DNA of 64,000 bases from an uncultured Candidatus Saccharibacteria bacterium (GCA_964350735.1 CAYGKO010000001.1:115339-179338); one strand, 5' to 3'; shown: positions 1 to 8,650, numbered from the stretch's first letter. The notes: generated from the letters alone by a model not told the origin. Translations and numbers: made by a program.

Positions 1-70
1 CAATGGCGACACGAAGCCAATACTCTTTTACGACTGCCTTGCGAGCATCTGGTGGGATTAGATTAATCAT
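1..70 (-). CDS. pilN: Type IV pilus assembly protein PilN, N-terminal fragment (continues beyond the window start)
   Basis: Minus-strand ATG at 68-70 gives MINLIPPDARKAVVKEYWLRVAI, the canonical PilN N-terminus; it lies immediately downstream of pilM as in pilMN operons. Confidence 0.45.
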   Translation of the reverse strand, partial: MINLIPPDARKAVVKEYWLRVAI

Positions 71-72
71 AA

Positions 73-1167
73 TTAGATAAAAGAAGTGAGACCGAGACCA
101 ATAGCAGTAGCGTACCCAAATGAATGTCGTCGATCGATTGGTGGTACTTTTTCGCTAATATCAAAAGCATTCTGCCAGACCTGCGCTCGCTTTGACTCAA
201 TTCCAAGCGTCTCGGTAAAATAGCTGGGCAAACCCTTGAGGTTTGCACTCCCACCACAAAGCACAATCGACTGAACGGAACGATCATTGGAGCGATCCTG
301 AGTATTCCAATATTGGATCCGCAGCGCTACTTCATCTTTGATAGCTGACATTGTTGAAATGAGCGCATCATACGCAGCAGTGTCGCTTGCGCCCCGTACT
401 AAGCCTTGTGAGTTTTTTATTTTTGTCAGCTCTGATTCAGGTAAATCACCAAGCTGGCGACGAAGCGCAGTGGAAAGTCCCGCTCCCCCGATATCAATCG
501 TCGATGTATACATCAGTGTCCCCTGATGCATGATCCCTACCCCAGATCTTGTCTTCCCAAAATCAATAATGAGATGGGTTCCTGTATCATCTCTGGGAAG
601 CGAAGCGCGCGCAATCGCCTGTGCCTCTACTTCAAACGACATTGGGGTGAGACCAGCTGCGTGACACGCTTCGTAGTATCCCATGATTGTATCGCGGGAA
701 TACACCGTCACTGACACCAAGAGCATATCTGACTTCAGTGGACTGTCGATAATTTCATAATCAAAAAAAGCGTCCCGGGGTGAAAGTGGCACATTCTCTT
801 CTAAGCGAAATTCTAACAAGCCTCGAATCTCTTTGAAGGGAGTCCCTTTTTTAATTTCTGTTTCAAACAAATACGCGCGCTCTTCCGGTAGTGAAACTCG
901 TACGTTTGCAACCCCTGATTCTTTTTTCACTTGCTTAAGTGCATCCACGAGCTTAGGACCATCATGTACATTGCCCCGAGTAAGGGTTCCTTCTGGAATT
1001 TCAATATCACCCCACTTCGTTAAATTCAAATCATGTTTGCCGCTGTGATCACGTTCAAAAAAAACGTACTTCAGTGAAGTATCAGAAATATCTACCCCGA
1101 CACTCGGAAGTGTGAGATAGGTTGGAGGGGGGAAAAATTTACTAACCGCAGAAATAACAGACATCAC
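73..1167 (-). CDS. pilM: Type IV pilus assembly protein PilM (actin-like ATPase fold)
   Basis: 364 aa; the N-terminal (V)GVDI...LKYVFFER block, the IEIPEGT(L)xxG(N)VxD segment and GGSANLKGL fit PilM; followed by pilN. Confidence 0.6.
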   Translation of the reverse strand: MMSVISAVSKFFPPPTYLTLPSVGVDISDTSLKYVFFERDHSGKHDLNLTKWGDIEIPEGTLTRGNVHDGPKLVDALKQVKKESGVANVRVSLPEERAYLFETEIKKGTPFKEIRGLLEFRLEENVPLSPRDAFFDYEIIDSPLKSDMLLVSVTVYSRDTIMGYYEACHAAGLTPMSFEVEAQAIARASLPRDDTGTHLIIDFGKTRSGVGIMHQGTLMYTSTIDIGGAGLSTALRRQLGDLPESELTKIKNSQGLVRGASDTAAYDALISTMSAIKDEVALRIQYWNTQDRSNDRSVQSIVLCGGSANLKGLPSYFTETLGIESKRAQVWQNAFDISEKVPPIDRRHSFGYATAIGLGLTSFI

Positions 1168-1212
1168 TTTTATTATACGACACTAACGCTGATGATCTCT
1201 CCGCTACACACA

Positions 1213-1812
1213 CTAGGTCAATTGAAAAAAGATATAGGCAATTAAGATCACTAAGAAGACATACGCCATCTTAAGTAAGTGCTTGCGGAACATTGGCAAC
1301 GCGTGAGGACCAACTGCGTACGCAATATATCCAACTAATCCGAGCCTGATAATTCTGCCGAAAATAGAAGCAAAAATGAACGTCGCTAGATCTACCTGCA
1401 CCAAACCACTTGCAAGTGCTACAAGCTTATATGGGATTGGTGTAATCGCACCGATCAATACAAAAACAAATCCGTTGCTGTCTAAGCCGGCAGCAATTGA
1501 ATCAAATTGGGTGCGAAAATTAAAAAAATCTACAATCTTTTGTCCGATGACATCAAAAAATAAAGCTCCTAGAACATACGCAACAAGCCCACCAACAATG
1601 GATGTGCAAATTGCAATTACAGTGTAATGAATCCAACGTTCACGCTTGGCCAAAATCATAGCCACCAAAAATGGATCAATGAGAATAGGAGCAAAGACTG
1701 ACTCGGCAAATGCGATTCCGGCTAAAAACCAGCTCGCATATTTTGACCGAAGCCACTTAGCGCCGTGCTCACCAACTTTTTCGATATGTGCCTCTACGTG
1801 ATCTGATTGCAT
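1213..1812 (-). CDS. DedA/YqaA-family integral membrane protein
   Basis: 199 aa polytopic membrane protein with the G-rich re-entrant motifs typical of DedA/SNARE-associated (YqaA) proteins. Confidence 0.4.
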   Translation of the reverse strand: MQSDHVEAHIEKVGEHGAKWLRSKYASWFLAGIAFAESVFAPILIDPFLVAMILAKRERWIHYTVIAICTSIVGGLVAYVLGALFFDVIGQKIVDFFNFRTQFDSIAAGLDSNGFVFVLIGAITPIPYKLVALASGLVQVDLATFIFASIFGRIIRLGLVGYIAYAVGPHALPMFRKHLLKMAYVFLVILIAYIFFQLT

Positions 1813-1814
1813 AC

Positions 1815-2150
1815 TTACGATACTCGCGTCCCTGCTGGGAGCGTATTATGTGGCACTAGTAGTGCAAAGATATCTTCATGATTAGATGCCAAAATCATTC
1901 CCTGACTTTCTAGACCCCGAATCACTCTTGGTTCTAGATTCAGCACAAACGGACACTGCTTCCCCACTAAAAACTCTGGGTCTTCAAAATATTCACGAAT
2001 TCCAGATACGATCTGTCGCGGCGCTGCTTCCCCCACTTCCACAGTGAGCTTGAGGAGCTTATCAGCATCTTCCACCACTTCGACAGCAATAATATTCCCA
2101 ATCGCAATATCAAGCGCAGCAAACTGTTCGTAATTAATTTCTGGTTTCAT
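1815..2150 (-). CDS. tRNA-binding domain protein (CsaA / EMAP-like OB fold)
   Basis: LDIAIGNIIAVE...KLLKLTVEVGE...RQIVSGI matches the Myf/CsaA tRNA-binding domain; start taken at the internal MKPEINYEQF. Confidence 0.55.
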   Translation of the reverse strand: MKPEINYEQFAALDIAIGNIIAVEVVEDADKLLKLTVEVGEAAPRQIVSGIREYFEDPEFLVGKQCPFVLNLEPRVIRGLESQGMILASNHEDIFALLVPHNTLPAGTRVS

Positions 2151-2154
2151 GGAA

Positions 2155-2535
2155 TTATTTTTGACGACTGATAAAGCTATTAAGGATGATAGCAGCCGCT
2201 GCAGCATCTGTCTTCTCTGTTCGTCCCTGGAACCTAATTGCTTCTTGGGTGGTGTATTGTTCTGGCTCTAGGTGCACTGGGATACCAAGTTCGAGCGTCA
2301 GGTCAGTCACTAATTCCGTCACCGCAGCTTGGATCTCATTATGCTCACCCGCTCGATTCTTTGACTCTCCAATCACAATCACTTCTACGTTATGTTCTGA
2401 GATAATTTTTAGTAACAATTGGAAGAACTTCTCATCATTTTTATACACATCTTGTGGAAACGCCATCAGCCCCCTGTCATCAGACAGGGCAATGCCAATT
2501 CGTTTTTTTCCATAATCAATTCCGAGTAGCTTCAT
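2155..2535 (-). CDS. ruvX: Holliday junction resolvase-like YqgF/RuvX
   Basis: MKLLGIDYGKKRIGIALSD... is the classical RuvX N-terminus; 126 aa. Confidence 0.8.
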   Translation of the reverse strand: MKLLGIDYGKKRIGIALSDDRGLMAFPQDVYKNDEKFFQLLLKIISEHNVEVIVIGESKNRAGEHNEIQAAVTELVTDLTLELGIPVHLEPEQYTTQEAIRFQGRTEKTDAAAAAIILNSFISRQK

Positions 2536-2597
2536 GATTTTAGTAGCTTACCACGCGCTTCTAAAAAAACGTATTTATGGTATTATCCGGCCACATT

Positions 2598-2669
2598 GCT
2601 CTCGTAGTTTAATGGATAAAACTCCGGTTTGCGGTACCGGTACTCCAGGTTCGACTCCTGGCGAGAGCA
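2598..2669 (+). tRNA. tRNA, anticodon loop UUGCGGU -> anticodon GCG (Arg); isotype less certain
   Basis: Cloverleaf: acceptor GCTCTCG/CGAGAGC, D-stem GTTT/AAAC, anticodon stem CCGGT/ACCGG, T-arm CCAGG-TTCGACT-CCTGG; no encoded CCA. Confidence 0.7.
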
Positions 2670-2719
2670 CGAGTACAAAAAAGCGCCCCTCTTGGGGCCT
2701 TTTTTGTTCGTGCTCTCGC
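2661..2719 (+). terminator. Long imperfect palindrome / intrinsic-terminator hairpin that includes the tRNA-Arg 3' acceptor strand
   Basis: gcgagagcacga...aaaaaagcgcccc tctt ggggccttttttgttcgtgctctcgc; the arms are near-perfect reverse complements. Confidence 0.5.
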
Positions 2720-2821
2720 AGAACTGTCTGGGAGACAGTTCGTCAGGAGTCGAAAAGGTTGCCTGCGATTTTGAAGTATGAAAAATCGTGACAACCTGTA
2801 CCGTTCATGTAATGAAAGATT

Positions 2822-2874
2822 TCCTGGCGAGAGCACAAATGAAAACAGCCCTTTGGGGCTGTTTTCATTTGTGC
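2822..2874 (+). repeat. Second copy of the tRNA-Arg 3' end (15-bp direct repeat tcctggcgagagcac; first copy at 2656-2670) fused to a 19-bp-stem hairpin (gcacaaatgaaaacagccc / gggctgttttcatttgtgc)
   Basis: The exact 15-mer recurs 166 bp downstream of the tRNA; an inverted copy of the T-arm (caggagtcgaa, 2744-2754) lies between the two. Confidence 0.6.
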
Positions 2875-2877
2875 GAA

Positions 2878-3381
2878 CTAGAATCCAAATATTTCCAGTA
2901 TTTTATTAACTACCGGTTCTTCTATATGTTCTTCAGGCAATCGCAGTTCGAGTATATCTTCAATCTCTTCGACATACTCTTCTGGTAGAGGCATGATAAT
3001 AAGCGGCCCAAATAGTTTTTGTGATCGAGCGAGTAAGTGTGGACCCAACTCATGATCTTCATCAATATAAAATGCTTCCAGTGCGCTGTATGGATACAGC
3101 TGGTCGTTCACCCGCAAGCCTCGAGTTGAGACAGCATAAGGTATCACTTGAGGTTCGCGGTTTGCTACCAGAGCAATTGCCCCTGCCCCAATAATTATCA
3201 AAATCGCTAGAAGAAAGTTACCAAAGAAAAACGCCGTTGCTGCGGCTGCAAACGCTAGAATACCAAGCACCCAAAACCAATCACTGTTTTTTTCAACGTG
3301 ATGATGTTCTAACGCTTCCCAAGTAACTGCACGAGCTGCTTCTACCATTGTCGCTATTGTATCACGGGCTTTGATGTACAT
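2878..3381 (-). CDS. Hypothetical small membrane protein (one long hydrophobic segment, acidic C-terminus)
   Basis: ORF trimmed to the internal ATG at 3379-3381, because the longer ORF-track version reads through tRNA-Ser on the opposite strand; stop sits next to the hairpin at 2833-2874. Confidence 0.4.
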   Translation of the reverse strand: MYIKARDTIATMVEAARAVTWEALEHHHVEKNSDWFWVLGILAFAAAATAFFFGNFLLAILIIIGAGAIALVANREPQVIPYAVSTRGLRVNDQLYPYSALEAFYIDEDHELGPHLLARSQKLFGPLIIMPLPEEYVEEIEDILELRLPEEHIEEPVVNKILEIFGF

Positions 3382-3424
3382 TTGGGCTTGAATCTGGTAG
3401 TATCTCTGCCACAATTGAATATTT

Positions 3425-3509
3425 GGAGGGATGCCAGAGTGGTCGAATGGACTTGTCTTGAAAACAAGCGTGCGGCAACGTACCGAGGGTTCGAATCCCT
3501 CTCCCTCCG
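3425..3509 (+). tRNA. tRNA-Ser (anticodon UGA), long variable arm
   Basis: GGAGGGA acceptor, D-arm TGCCAGAGTGGTCGAATGG, anticodon stem-loop CTTGT-CTTGAAA-ACAAG, variable arm GCGTGCGGCAACGTACC, T-arm GAGGG-TTCGAAT-CCCTC; 85 nt. Confidence 0.85.
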
Positions 3510-3516
3510 CAACTGC

Positions 3517-3542
3517 AAAATAGCGCCTTTTGGCGCTATTTT
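3517..3542 (+). terminator. Intrinsic terminator after tRNA-Ser
   Basis: aaaatagcgcc-tttt-ggcgctatttt followed by a T-run. Confidence 0.6.
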
Positions 3543-3548
3543 GTTTGT

Positions 3549-3682
3549 GGAGGGAGAGTAAAGCGTGGGACGCTTTACGTAGGGATTCGAAGCTGTTGCC
3601 AGATATTTTTGGAGGCACGGCCGAACAAAAATATCGACAACGGATACTGGTTGTGTAGCAACCGAAATTCCCTCTCCCTCCG
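3549..3682 (+). ncRNA. tRNA-Ser-derived, scrambled tRNA-like element (pseudo-tRNA or structured RNA)
   Basis: Shares GGAGGGA at the 5' end and the 3' 14-mer TCCCTCTCCCTCCG with the adjacent tRNA-Ser, plus AGGGATTCGAA and TGCCAGA fragments, but there is no D-arm and an 8-bp hairpin GTAAAGCG/CGCTTTAC instead. Confidence 0.35.
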
Positions 3683-3683
3683 A

Positions 3684-3724
3684 AAAAGTAAAAGTCGCGC
3701 CCATGGGCGCGGCTTTTACTTTTG
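3684..3724 (+). terminator. Intrinsic terminator (GC-rich hairpin gtcgcgccc-atg-ggcgcggc flanked by A/T runs)
   Basis: aaaagtaaaagtcgcgcccatgggcgcggcttttacttttg. Confidence 0.6.
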
Positions 3725-3740
3725 TAGATACTCAAGAAGC

Positions 3741-3766
3741 AAAAAACTCCCAGCGGGAGTTTTTTG
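3741..3766. terminator. Terminator hairpin downstream of rpsT (bidirectional A-run/T-run)
   Basis: aaaaaactccc-agc-gggagtttttt. Confidence 0.55.
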
Positions 3767-3784
3767 TTATCTATATAACTAGAT

Positions 3785-4051
3785 CTAGTTCTTAGCTTTC
3801 ACAACAGCGGCTGCAATTCGAGACTTCTTTCGAGCAGCAGTGTTTTCTTTGATGATCCCACGCTTCGCTGCTTTGTCGATTGCTTTGTGTACGGTTGGCA
3901 TCATTTCTTCTGCCTCCTTGACGTCACCTTTAGTAATCAAATCTCGTACTTTCTTTACCACTTCGTTCATTGTTCGGTTACGTCGTACGTTAAATACACG
4001 CTTTCGTAGCGATGCTCGGTGGGCTTTTTGTGCTCCTTTAGTGATTGGCAT
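3785..4051 (-). CDS. rpsT: 30S ribosomal protein S20
   Basis: 88 aa, highly basic, KGAQKAHRASLRKRV...AARKKSRIAA pattern of S20. Confidence 0.9.
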   Translation of the reverse strand: MPITKGAQKAHRASLRKRVFNVRRNRTMNEVVKKVRDLITKGDVKEAEEMMPTVHKAIDKAAKRGIIKENTAARKKSRIAAAVVKAKN

Positions 4052-4143
4052 ATATATACTTCTATTTAAGTGCGCGTACTATACCGCACTCGCACAAAAA
4101 AGCAACTAGAGCGAGACGGACTTACTTTTGTTACAATACCCCC

Positions 4144-4734
4144 ATGATTCGACACCTCACCGGCCGCGTAATAGATGCCTCCCCTACCAGCGTAGTCTTA
4201 GACGTCGCTGGCGTTGGATACTTGGTCTACACTACTAATGCGGGGACCAACTTTGCTACCGACTGTGAGGTGCACTTATGGACATACCAGGCTGTACGTG
4301 AGACAGCGCTCGACCTGTACGGCTTTACCACGCGAGATGAACTCGAAATCTTTGAACTATTACTCACCCTGCCGAAAGTCGGACCAAAGTCAGCTGCTGG
4401 TATCCTCGCTCAAGCTGACATTGAGCTGCTGAAAAAAGCCGTCCTCGAGAATGACGCGACCTACTTATCAAAGATGTCAGGGATTGGGAAAAAGACAGCG
4501 GAGAAGATTGTATTGGAACTAAAAGATAAATTTGAAAACCTAGGCGGTGCTGACGCGAGCACGTATGGTGCCAACCAAAGCAGTGACAATGCCATCATGA
4601 GCGACACTATCGATGCGCTCGTCTCACTAGGGTACCCGCAAGCAGACGCGAGGCGCGTGGTGCAACAACTCCCACCCGAGATCGACAATGCTAATGACGC
4701 GGTTCGGGCTGCCCTCAAGGTATTGAGTAGTTAA
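4144..4734 (+). CDS. ruvA: Holliday junction branch-migration protein RuvA
   Basis: MIRHLTGRV...VVLDVAGVGY...LLTLPKVGPKSAAGIL (HhH) ...; start at the internal ATG 4144 (the ORF-track N-extension begins with TTG). Confidence 0.85.
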   Translation: MIRHLTGRVIDASPTSVVLDVAGVGYLVYTTNAGTNFATDCEVHLWTYQAVRETALDLYGFTTRDELEIFELLLTLPKVGPKSAAGILAQADIELLKKAVLENDATYLSKMSGIGKKTAEKIVLELKDKFENLGGADASTYGANQSSDNAIMSDTIDALVSLGYPQADARRVVQQLPPEIDNANDAVRAALKVLSS

Positions 4735-4799
4735 GACCTTTGTGGTGTATCGCCACAAATACTCCCCTCCCACGCGCTTTCTGCGTATACTACGTATAT

Positions 4800-6086
4800 A
4801 TGGAACACATGCTGTACTGGATCAAACGATTTCTACCGACCTCGCTTTTAAATAGTATCCGGCCGCTCTATCACTATTCTCTCGCTTGGCTGGGCGCCAC
4901 TATCTACCGCCACCCCTCAAAACACATTACCGTGCTCGCAGTAACTGGCACTAAAGGCAAGTCGACTGTTACCGAGCTGGTGACAAACATTCTTGAAGGT
5001 GACGGCAAATCAGTGGCATCGCTCTCTACGATTCAATTTAAAGTTGGCAACGACGTACGCCCAAATCTTTACAAAATGACCACCCCCGGGCGCTTCTTCG
5101 TGCAGTCATTCCTGCGTGAAGCCGTTGACGCCGGCTGTATTCACGCGGTCATCGAACTCACCTCAGAAGGTGCAAAACAGTTCCGTCACAAATTCCTGGA
5201 ACTTGATGCACTGATTTTTACCAACCTGACACCAGAACATATCGAGTCACACGGTTCGTTTGAAAACTACAAGAACGCCAAGTTACAAATCGCCAAACAG
5301 CTTGAAGCATCGGTGAAACAACCTCGCTTCATCGTCTCCAATACCGACGATGAACATGGCACGGACTTCTTAGCTGTCGACGTAGAAGAAAAAATCCCGT
5401 ACGGTTTAAAAGATCTTAAACTTTATACCCTGCACAAAGACGGGATCGGCCTCATTTTTACCGACGGCGAAGACGAACGAACTATCCGGGTTCCGCTCGT
5501 CGGACTCTTTAATGTCTACAACGCCCTAGCAGCTATCAAACTGACTCGAGCTCTCGGAGTGTCACTTAATTCTATCGAGAAGTCCTTGCGGTCATTACCC
5601 CCAGTCAAAGGTCGGGTGGAACATGTGTATAGCCCAAAGGAGGCCACCAAACAAGTGACCGCCATCGTCGACTACGCCCACACTCCCGACTCACTCGAAA
5701 AGCTCTACCAGGCCTTTAAAGACGTGCCTAAGATTGGTGTACTCGGTAACTGTGGTGGTGGCCGCGACAGCTGGAAGCGCCCGGAGATGGCTAGTATCGC
5801 CGAACGCTACTGTGACTACATCATTCTCACTAACGAAGATCCGTACGATGAAAATCCGCGGCAGATCGTCGAGCAAATGACTAAAGGAATTGAAAACAAA
5901 GAGAAATTTGAAATCATCATGGATCGGCGAGCAGCTATCGCCACCGCGATCAAGAAAGCTCCGTCCGGTGGCTACGTGCTCATTTCTGGTAAAGGAACTG
6001 ATCCGTACATCATGGGACCAAACAACACCAAAGAACCTTGGAGCGATGCTGAGGTAGCGGCTGAAGAATTAGCGAAGCTAACGTAA
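4800..6086 (+). CDS. murE: Mur ligase family protein, probably UDP-MurNAc-tripeptide synthetase MurE
   Basis: VTGTKGKST P-loop, DNPR-like C-terminal domain (NEDPYDENPRQI), GKGTDPY; 429 aa from ATG 4800. Confidence 0.65.
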   Translation: MEHMLYWIKRFLPTSLLNSIRPLYHYSLAWLGATIYRHPSKHITVLAVTGTKGKSTVTELVTNILEGDGKSVASLSTIQFKVGNDVRPNLYKMTTPGRFFVQSFLREAVDAGCIHAVIELTSEGAKQFRHKFLELDALIFTNLTPEHIESHGSFENYKNAKLQIAKQLEASVKQPRFIVSNTDDEHGTDFLAVDVEEKIPYGLKDLKLYTLHKDGIGLIFTDGEDERTIRVPLVGLFNVYNALAAIKLTRALGVSLNSIEKSLRSLPPVKGRVEHVYSPKEATKQVTAIVDYAHTPDSLEKLYQAFKDVPKIGVLGNCGGGRDSWKRPEMASIAERYCDYIILTNEDPYDENPRQIVEQMTKGIENKEKFEIIMDRRAAIATAIKKAPSGGYVLISGKGTDPYIMGPNNTKEPWSDAEVAAEELAKLT

Positions 6087-6087
6087 C

Positions 6088-6119
6088 AAAAAACCTTTCG
6101 ATATATCGAAAGGTTTTTT
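6088..6119. terminator. Bidirectional intrinsic terminator between convergent murE and the SpoU gene
   Basis: aaaaaacctttcgatat/atcgaaaggtttttt, a perfect palindrome. Confidence 0.7.
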
Positions 6120-6120
6120 G

Positions 6121-6603
6121 TTACTTTTTGAACAACACTATCCCCGCGGTCACCGAGACATTCAGTGACTCCTTCATGCCAGCCATTGGTATCTCAAGTA
6201 TTTGATCACAGACTTTGATTATTGCTTCTGGTACTCCATCCACTTCATGCCCGAGCACATAGACCACTTTTTCTGGTACAAAAAAATCGTAGTATGAAAT
6301 TGACTCTTCTCCCTGCTCGATTGCGACCACCGTCCACCCGTCAGCCTGAAGCTCATTAATTAAGGCGAGAGTCTCGTCTAACGACTCGCTCGTCGCTTCT
6401 CCCACATGCTCCCAGAGAATACTCTCACTCGCCCCGAGCGACGTCTTCTTAATCTCAGCCACCTCCCGCCCAAAGCGATCAATCGGCAATGGCGTCGTAC
6501 CGACTAAGTACAAATGCTCCACCCCCGCCCCATCACTGGTCCGGAAAATCGACCCCACATTATGGGCACTCCTGATGTTGTATAAAATCGCTCGTTTTTG
6601 CAT
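6121..6603 (-). CDS. SpoU/TrmH-family RNA 2'-O-methyltransferase (TrmL-sized)
   Basis: NVGSIFRTSDGAGV, LGHEVDGV and IPMAG...SLNVSVTAGIVLF are the SPOUT motifs; 160 aa. Confidence 0.7.
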   Translation of the reverse strand: MQKRAILYNIRSAHNVGSIFRTSDGAGVEHLYLVGTTPLPIDRFGREVAEIKKTSLGASESILWEHVGEATSESLDETLALINELQADGWTVVAIEQGEESISYYDFFVPEKVVYVLGHEVDGVPEAIIKVCDQILEIPMAGMKESLNVSVTAGIVLFKK

Positions 6604-6644
6604 ATTTTTCTTAAATTTCTATTACAGAAATAGACGAAAAATCA

Positions 6645-7565
6645 CTAATTAAATTTATATTGATCAGCTCCTGTTTCAAAAATATTAATTAATGATGTTA
6701 CCGCCATATCACTAGCTGTACGATTAGCCTCATGAGTATTGAAGGCAGTATGATCGTTAGAATTCATCCAAATTTCTTTTGGTAAGTCATTAAATTTTTC
6801 AGCTGCTGGATAATCTTGGAATCCGCGAAGTCTACCCGTGTTCACCTCTTCGTATATTGCTTCCTGATCAAGGCCTCCAATAAAACCACAATCAATGATC
6901 AGTGAACCGTCTTTCACTTTAGCGAGTTCAGTTTTACCAATAAAACCAAGTCCAGCGGTTGAAGGAGCGTGAAGTGTCACTACATCTGAAGATTCTAAGA
7001 GTGTATCCATACTCACATATTCAGCATAATCAACTTTTTTATCATTTGGCCCGGTGTATAAAACTTTTTTAACTCCAAGACCACGACACATCTGAACAAC
7101 TTCCTTTCCAATTGCACCAAGTCCAATAACCCCAACCGACAGATCTTTGAGGGATTTTGTAGTTTGAAATGTTCGTTCTCCAGTACGTGTTAGCTCAGCG
7201 AGGTTTCTGGTCATTGCCATAATATTAGAGACTGTGTATTCAGCCACCGCGTAGGCGTTTGCTCCAGGAGTGCCTGTAATCGCAATACCTTTATCAGTTG
7301 CTACCTGGTGACCAGGAATAAAACTAAATGGATCAGCTCCGGTGAACGTAATTACCTTTAAATTCTCTCCAGCCTGGATCACTGCTTCAGTTACGGTTTC
7401 AATACCACCAATAATATAGGCGTCTTTATCTTTGATGGCCGCCATGAGTTCTTCCTCGCTTGCTTTTGGATTATCTAAACGCTCTACCTCAAAACCATGC
7501 TCTTGCAACTTGGCTACATGCTCATCAAAAATGAAGAGACTATCGGTAACTAACACTTTTTTCAT
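6645..7565 (-). CDS. D-isomer-specific 2-hydroxyacid dehydrogenase (NAD-binding) family
   Basis: GVIGLGAIGKEV Rossmann motif, catalytic HAPST/His-containing C-terminal half; 306 aa. Confidence 0.75.
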   Translation of the reverse strand: MKKVLVTDSLFIFDEHVAKLQEHGFEVERLDNPKASEEELMAAIKDKDAYIIGGIETVTEAVIQAGENLKVITFTGADPFSFIPGHQVATDKGIAITGTPGANAYAVAEYTVSNIMAMTRNLAELTRTGERTFQTTKSLKDLSVGVIGLGAIGKEVVQMCRGLGVKKVLYTGPNDKKVDYAEYVSMDTLLESSDVVTLHAPSTAGLGFIGKTELAKVKDGSLIIDCGFIGGLDQEAIYEEVNTGRLRGFQDYPAAEKFNDLPKEIWMNSNDHTAFNTHEANRTASDMAVTSLINIFETGADQYKFN

Positions 7566-7568
7566 AAT

Positions 7569-8060
7569 TTATGAGCTCGGAATTACATCGTTACTATATC
7601 CCAACTTTTCAAATGGCCACACCTGCTTCAGCCAATTATCCAATTCTCGATAGAGAAGTTCATACTTTCCTTCATCATATGCCCTTTGGGTTACCCAAAA
7701 ACTAACATCCACATCTGCATCTTTTGATTTGTCGTTACGATAACCCGGTTCGTAAAGATAAAAACAACCAATGTATTCTGAACCATCACTTGCATATACA
7801 ACATAAGCGAATGAACTTCTGAATTCAAATTCTCGTTGATGCCACGCTAAATCAATCTGATCTTCTTCAAAGGTTAAAGACGAATCAGGCCAATCATATC
7901 CTCGAGTTTGGTTGATGATAGCAATGCTATTTATGACTGCTTCGTAATCATCTTTAACATCAGAAAAACAAAGTTTACGAAATAAAAAATTGTTCGTTTC
8001 ATGCCGTTCTGGCACTGTAAATGATTTTGGGATAAATTTCATAACTCCAGTATACCGCAT
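7569..8060 (-). CDS. Hypothetical protein (possible acyl/acetyltransferase-like fold, unconfirmed)
   Basis: 163 aa soluble protein with no diagnostic motif recognised. Confidence 0.3.
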   Translation of the reverse strand: MRYTGVMKFIPKSFTVPERHETNNFLFRKLCFSDVKDDYEAVINSIAIINQTRGYDWPDSSLTFEEDQIDLAWHQREFEFRSSFAYVVYASDGSEYIGCFYLYEPGYRNDKSKDADVDVSFWVTQRAYDEGKYELLYRELDNWLKQVWPFEKLGYSNDVIPSS

Positions 8061-8128
8061 CTAAATTATCGACAAGGAAATTCATTATGGTATAGTTTCG
8101 GACACATTTGGGCATCGCCCAGTGACAT

Positions 8129-8201
8129 CCGCCCTTAGCTCAGTTGGTAGAGCAGCTCCCTTTTAAGGAGATGGTCCCAGGTTCGAGCCCTGGAGGGCGG
8201 A
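8129..8201 (+). tRNA. tRNA-Lys (anticodon UUU)
   Basis: CCGCCCT/AGGGCGG acceptor (C1-G72), D-arm GCTCAGTTGGTAGAGC, anticodon loop CUUUUAA, T-arm CCAGG-TTCGAGC-CCTGG. Confidence 0.8.
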
Positions 8202-8251
8202 CAAATGAAAAGACCGGCTTAGCCGGTCTTTTCATTTGTCCGCCCTCCAGG
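8189..8251 (+). terminator. Perfect 30-bp-arm palindrome (terminator-like) whose left arm contains the last 13 nt of tRNA-Lys
   Basis: cctggagggcggacaaatgaaaagaccggc-tta-gccggtcttttcatttgtccgccctccagg. Confidence 0.7.
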
Positions 8252-8650
8252 TGCAGGATTTGTGCATACAAATCCGTTGCATGGCTCGAAAAGCTTTTGT
8301 GGTATTTTAGGAACGTAGTGAACTAAAATATCCAAAAGGTATACTGTTCATGTAATGGAAGAGTCCACATTATTTTAAATAAAAAATGAGATTGTCCCAG
8401 TGGGGCAATCTCATCGTGTTCAATTCAACGAGGACGTTGACAATTTGAACATGTCTTCTGGCCCTCGCTGTTACTGCTGAAAGTGCAGTGACTGCACCTC
8501 CAGCAACCCGAAGGTGGCGTTGGGTTTGTTTTAGGTTCGGATTTTTGACCAGATCCTGGCATAGAATTTCTTTCTTTGGAACAGGGAGAATAATATTATA
8601 ACATACAATTGCTTTTTTAGCAAGTATTACACTTATGCTACAGTACCCTC

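Noticed and set aside
63-287. 74-aa minus-strand ORF at the window start
   Set aside because: Out of frame with and overlapping pilM and pilN; the real feature there is the pilN N-terminus at 1-70.
2609-2836. 75-aa minus-strand ORF spanning the tRNA-Arg locus
   Set aside because: Lies entirely over the tRNA, its palindromic terminators and the duplicated tRNA 3' end; no start or SD context.
3549-3682. Intron-containing tRNA interpretation of the tRNA-like element
   Set aside because: No D-arm or anticodon arm can be drawn; an 8-bp hairpin occupies the D-arm position.
3382-3735. N-terminal 118 codons of the 285-aa ORF 2878-3735
   Set aside because: Reads antisense through tRNA-Ser and the tRNA-like element; the gene was trimmed to the internal ATG at 3381.
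8144-8326. 60-aa plus-strand ORF
   Set aside because: Starts with TTG inside tRNA-Lys and reads through the 30-bp palindrome; spurious.
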